From Podarcis erhardii (lineage: Eukaryota), in NCBI GenBank assembly GCA_964252035.1, contig OZ176205.1: a DNA stretch of 64,000 nucleotides. One strand, given 5' to 3'. Positions 61,300 through 64,000 of the stretch are shown here, one piece after another (within the stretch, counting starts at the first letter, position 1; every line of letters begins with the position of its first letter). The notes beneath the pieces are model-generated. The model had not been told where the DNA came from. It was given only the letters and a program-made list of their open reading frames with translations, and did no database searches. Made by a program: the position numbers and the translations under genes.

Positions 61300-63398
61300 C
61301 AACTACACTGCAAGCAAAATGCATCCACACAGTCTCTGGGCTAAAGGAGCTGACCTGCCTTCACCGCTATTAGCTGGAATGGCCGACTTGGACACGACAC
61401 TCAGTGCAGGCAGCAGACTTGACTGTTTGAAGGAGCAGCTAGTTAGAGTAATGACTTCTGCTCTGAGGCTCTTACTTTACATAAAAACTATGTAGCGGAC
61501 TAGTGTAACACTTCAGAAGGATGTAGAGTTATTTTCCTTATTTATGATGGCACTGGAGCTTTATGTGCAATGGAATATATTGTAAAGCCTTATCCTAAAA
61601 TAGACTTAAGTTGCTGGGGGAGATGCTTAAGCATGATGGCAAGAGGGAAGGATCAGTGCAAGTACTGCTTGTGGCTGAGACCTTTCACACACCTGTCTCA
61701 GGTATGAGTCACTTTGCAGGTGCAAGGTCTGAAGGATTGTATTTTCCTAGGTCTGTGATCTTGCGCTCTCTCTCTCTCTGTTGTTTTTTGTCCTGCTAGG
61801 TTTAAAGGAATATGGTGAGGGGGGGGGAGAAAAAAGACTTCCAATCCAGAAAGCTAATCCATTCATTTTACAAAGATGAAGATCTTCCTACTGTGGGCAG
61901 TAGTATCACAAATCAGTACCATTACTGTTGCAGGAAGGATTCCATTATCAGACAATACTGGATAGTGTGTGAGCATTGTGACTTCCTTCCCCTTCCTAAA
62001 ACTATTGAATAATACTGTAATTCAAGTCATGCAAATAACACTAGCCTTAGGGGGGGAAATGTAGCCAGTGGGAACCAGAAGTTTGAGCTCGGAAATATTA
62101 CTCTACTTCTGCCATGTAGCCTGTAGGCACATATTGCCAGCATAGGGACTCATCCATCCTTCGACAGCATACAGCCTTTGGTATGGTACTAATTGGTGAG
62201 AATATTGTGGGATTTGGGTTCCCAGTGAGTGCTAGCGAGGCTTGATAAGACATGCCCATGGAGTTTCCATTGCCTCTGGAAACATGGTTCACTTGTGACA
62301 TCTCTCTCTAGCATGAAATAATGATAAAGGATTTACCTTGTGTTTGCTTTCCATGCTTTCTGCAGCTACCTGTGATCTTGCCAGCTTTCCTTTACCCTTT
62401 TAAAATTGGAAAGTAAATTGCTTAAAGCTTAAGCACATCTACTTGGTGCAAGAAAATTAAACTCACTGCTGTTCCTGTCTGAATTTGGGACTGATATTTC
62501 GGTCTTATTGGCATCTTATTGTCAAAAGCACCACCTGTTAATATTGGGTGCAGTGTTTAACACTGGAATCTGAAATGTAGCCTTTTGCCATGTGCAAGTC
62601 AAATCAGACTTTCATGTGAATCATCACTATGTTCCAAGTCAAATCTAACTTTGCCTTTATTGTTCTACCCCTTTGCAACGGGTTCTTTACTGCTGTGCTG
62701 CTGGAATAGCACCCGCTGCTGAAATCTTGAATCTTTCATCGCGGTGTGCTTTTTGGGAGCTATTGCTTTATTTCAGAGGCTGGAGCTGGGTTGGAACACT
62801 TGGACCTCCTGAGGATCGCATTTTAGTTAAACGAAGGGTGTGTCCCATTTAACTGCATCTGCTTTGCAAGAGCGGTGGGGAAATCCCTACAACCGTGGGA
62901 AAGGATTAATGCTAGCACATTACTGACGAGCACAATTTTGCCTTTGACAGACAACGCAGGAGCATATTCGTGCTTTGTTCGGCACCTTCATCTTTTTTCC
63001 TCCAAGAAAAAGTTGGGTGGGGGGAGATGTCAAGCACTTGGCCTAGTGGGTGGGTTGTTGTTATAGGCCTGGGATGGAGGGGGGGGGAATGTAGCAGCTG
63101 AAATTGGGAGTACTGTCAGCCATACTGTATTAGACTAGTTACAAACAACAACTGTGGCTTGTGAGCAAGATGTTGGAAGAAGACCTATCTTACCCAGAAG
63201 CACAGCTTCAGGCACTTCCTTAAGATAGTATGTTTGCCTGTGGATTTCTGACCTTTCTAGAGTTGCCATGGACAGGCCTGGCCACTTCGGACCACTGCAC
63301 TTCTACATTCAGGGTAATGCATAATGCTAGGACTCTCGGCACTAATCCATTTGTTTGTGAATATAATGCTGCTGAACTGACTTAAGTATAGACCTTAA

Positions 63399-63404
63399 AA
63401 TAAA
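63399..63404 (+). terminator. Candidate CDKN1A poly(A) signal AATAAA
   Basis: Clear AATAAA about 2.1 kb after the stop. Confidence 0.45.
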
Positions 63405-64000
63405 AGCTGTTTCATAATGGAGCAACACTTTTGTCTGATTTAATTGCACGTGGGATTGATCAAGCTTGAATTTTCTGGGTGGTGAGGGCTCTTTCCTTGG
63501 GGGTTGGTTAGTTTTTTTTAATGGAGATAATAGACAAATGGAAAGACACTATTCCTCCTACTAGTTGTGTAAGGCAAAGTGGGACAAAACCACGGCAAAG
63601 GGCTGCCATACCACCATCAGGAAACACTGCAGAGGATGCCATAGGTGGCAGAGGTCAAATTTGATTGCCGAATGCATGCCGTGACTGTTAATCCATGCAT
63701 CGTCTATCAAATATGAGCTGGAGAACTTAGTGGTATTACTATGCCAGCTGTCAGTCAGTTTCTTCTTTCCATCCTTAGATTACTAATCTCTTGCATGCTG
63801 AAGCATCATGGTAATAGTATTTGCTCTCTAATGGTTGGATTGTTGCAGTGCCTTATAGAATATCCACAGGCATTCTAATTTCAAAGACCGAAAACCATGT
63901 TTGCAAAAATATTTTAAGTTCATGAAAGTGAAAGTTTTGGTGGTGAATGCCACAATAGGCCTAAGAACTTAATGTAAGGGCAAAAAGATAAGGAAGTTAA

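Overview
Vertebrate (squamate, probably lacertid lizard) genomic DNA; taxon is inferred from Sauria-type SINEs, a BovB tail, CR1/L2 fragments and a Penelope-like element. Three protein-coding genes lie in the conserved vertebrate order. STK38 is on the minus strand (5 coding exons here, running off the left edge). SRSF3 is on the plus strand (complete 164-aa CDS; a 548-nt N-run sits where its poison exon should be). CDKN1A/p21 is on the plus strand (complete 145-aa CDS). The main unexpected signal is a decayed, split group II chaperonin gene resembling CCT7/TCP-1-eta on the minus strand at about 12.6-21.7 kb. It lies head-to-head with SRSF3, is invisible in the ORF track because of stops and frameshifts, and has an exon layout that only partly matches canonical CCT7. 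Other highlights: a perfect 96-bp Penelope-like palindrome with a 13-bp TSD carrying a minimal hammerhead ribozyme, a 19/20 p53 response element about 3 kb upstream of the p21 promoter plus two further candidates, and altered PIP-degron and Cy2 motifs in p21. Protein comparisons were made by eye against human sequences recalled from memory; no database search was run.
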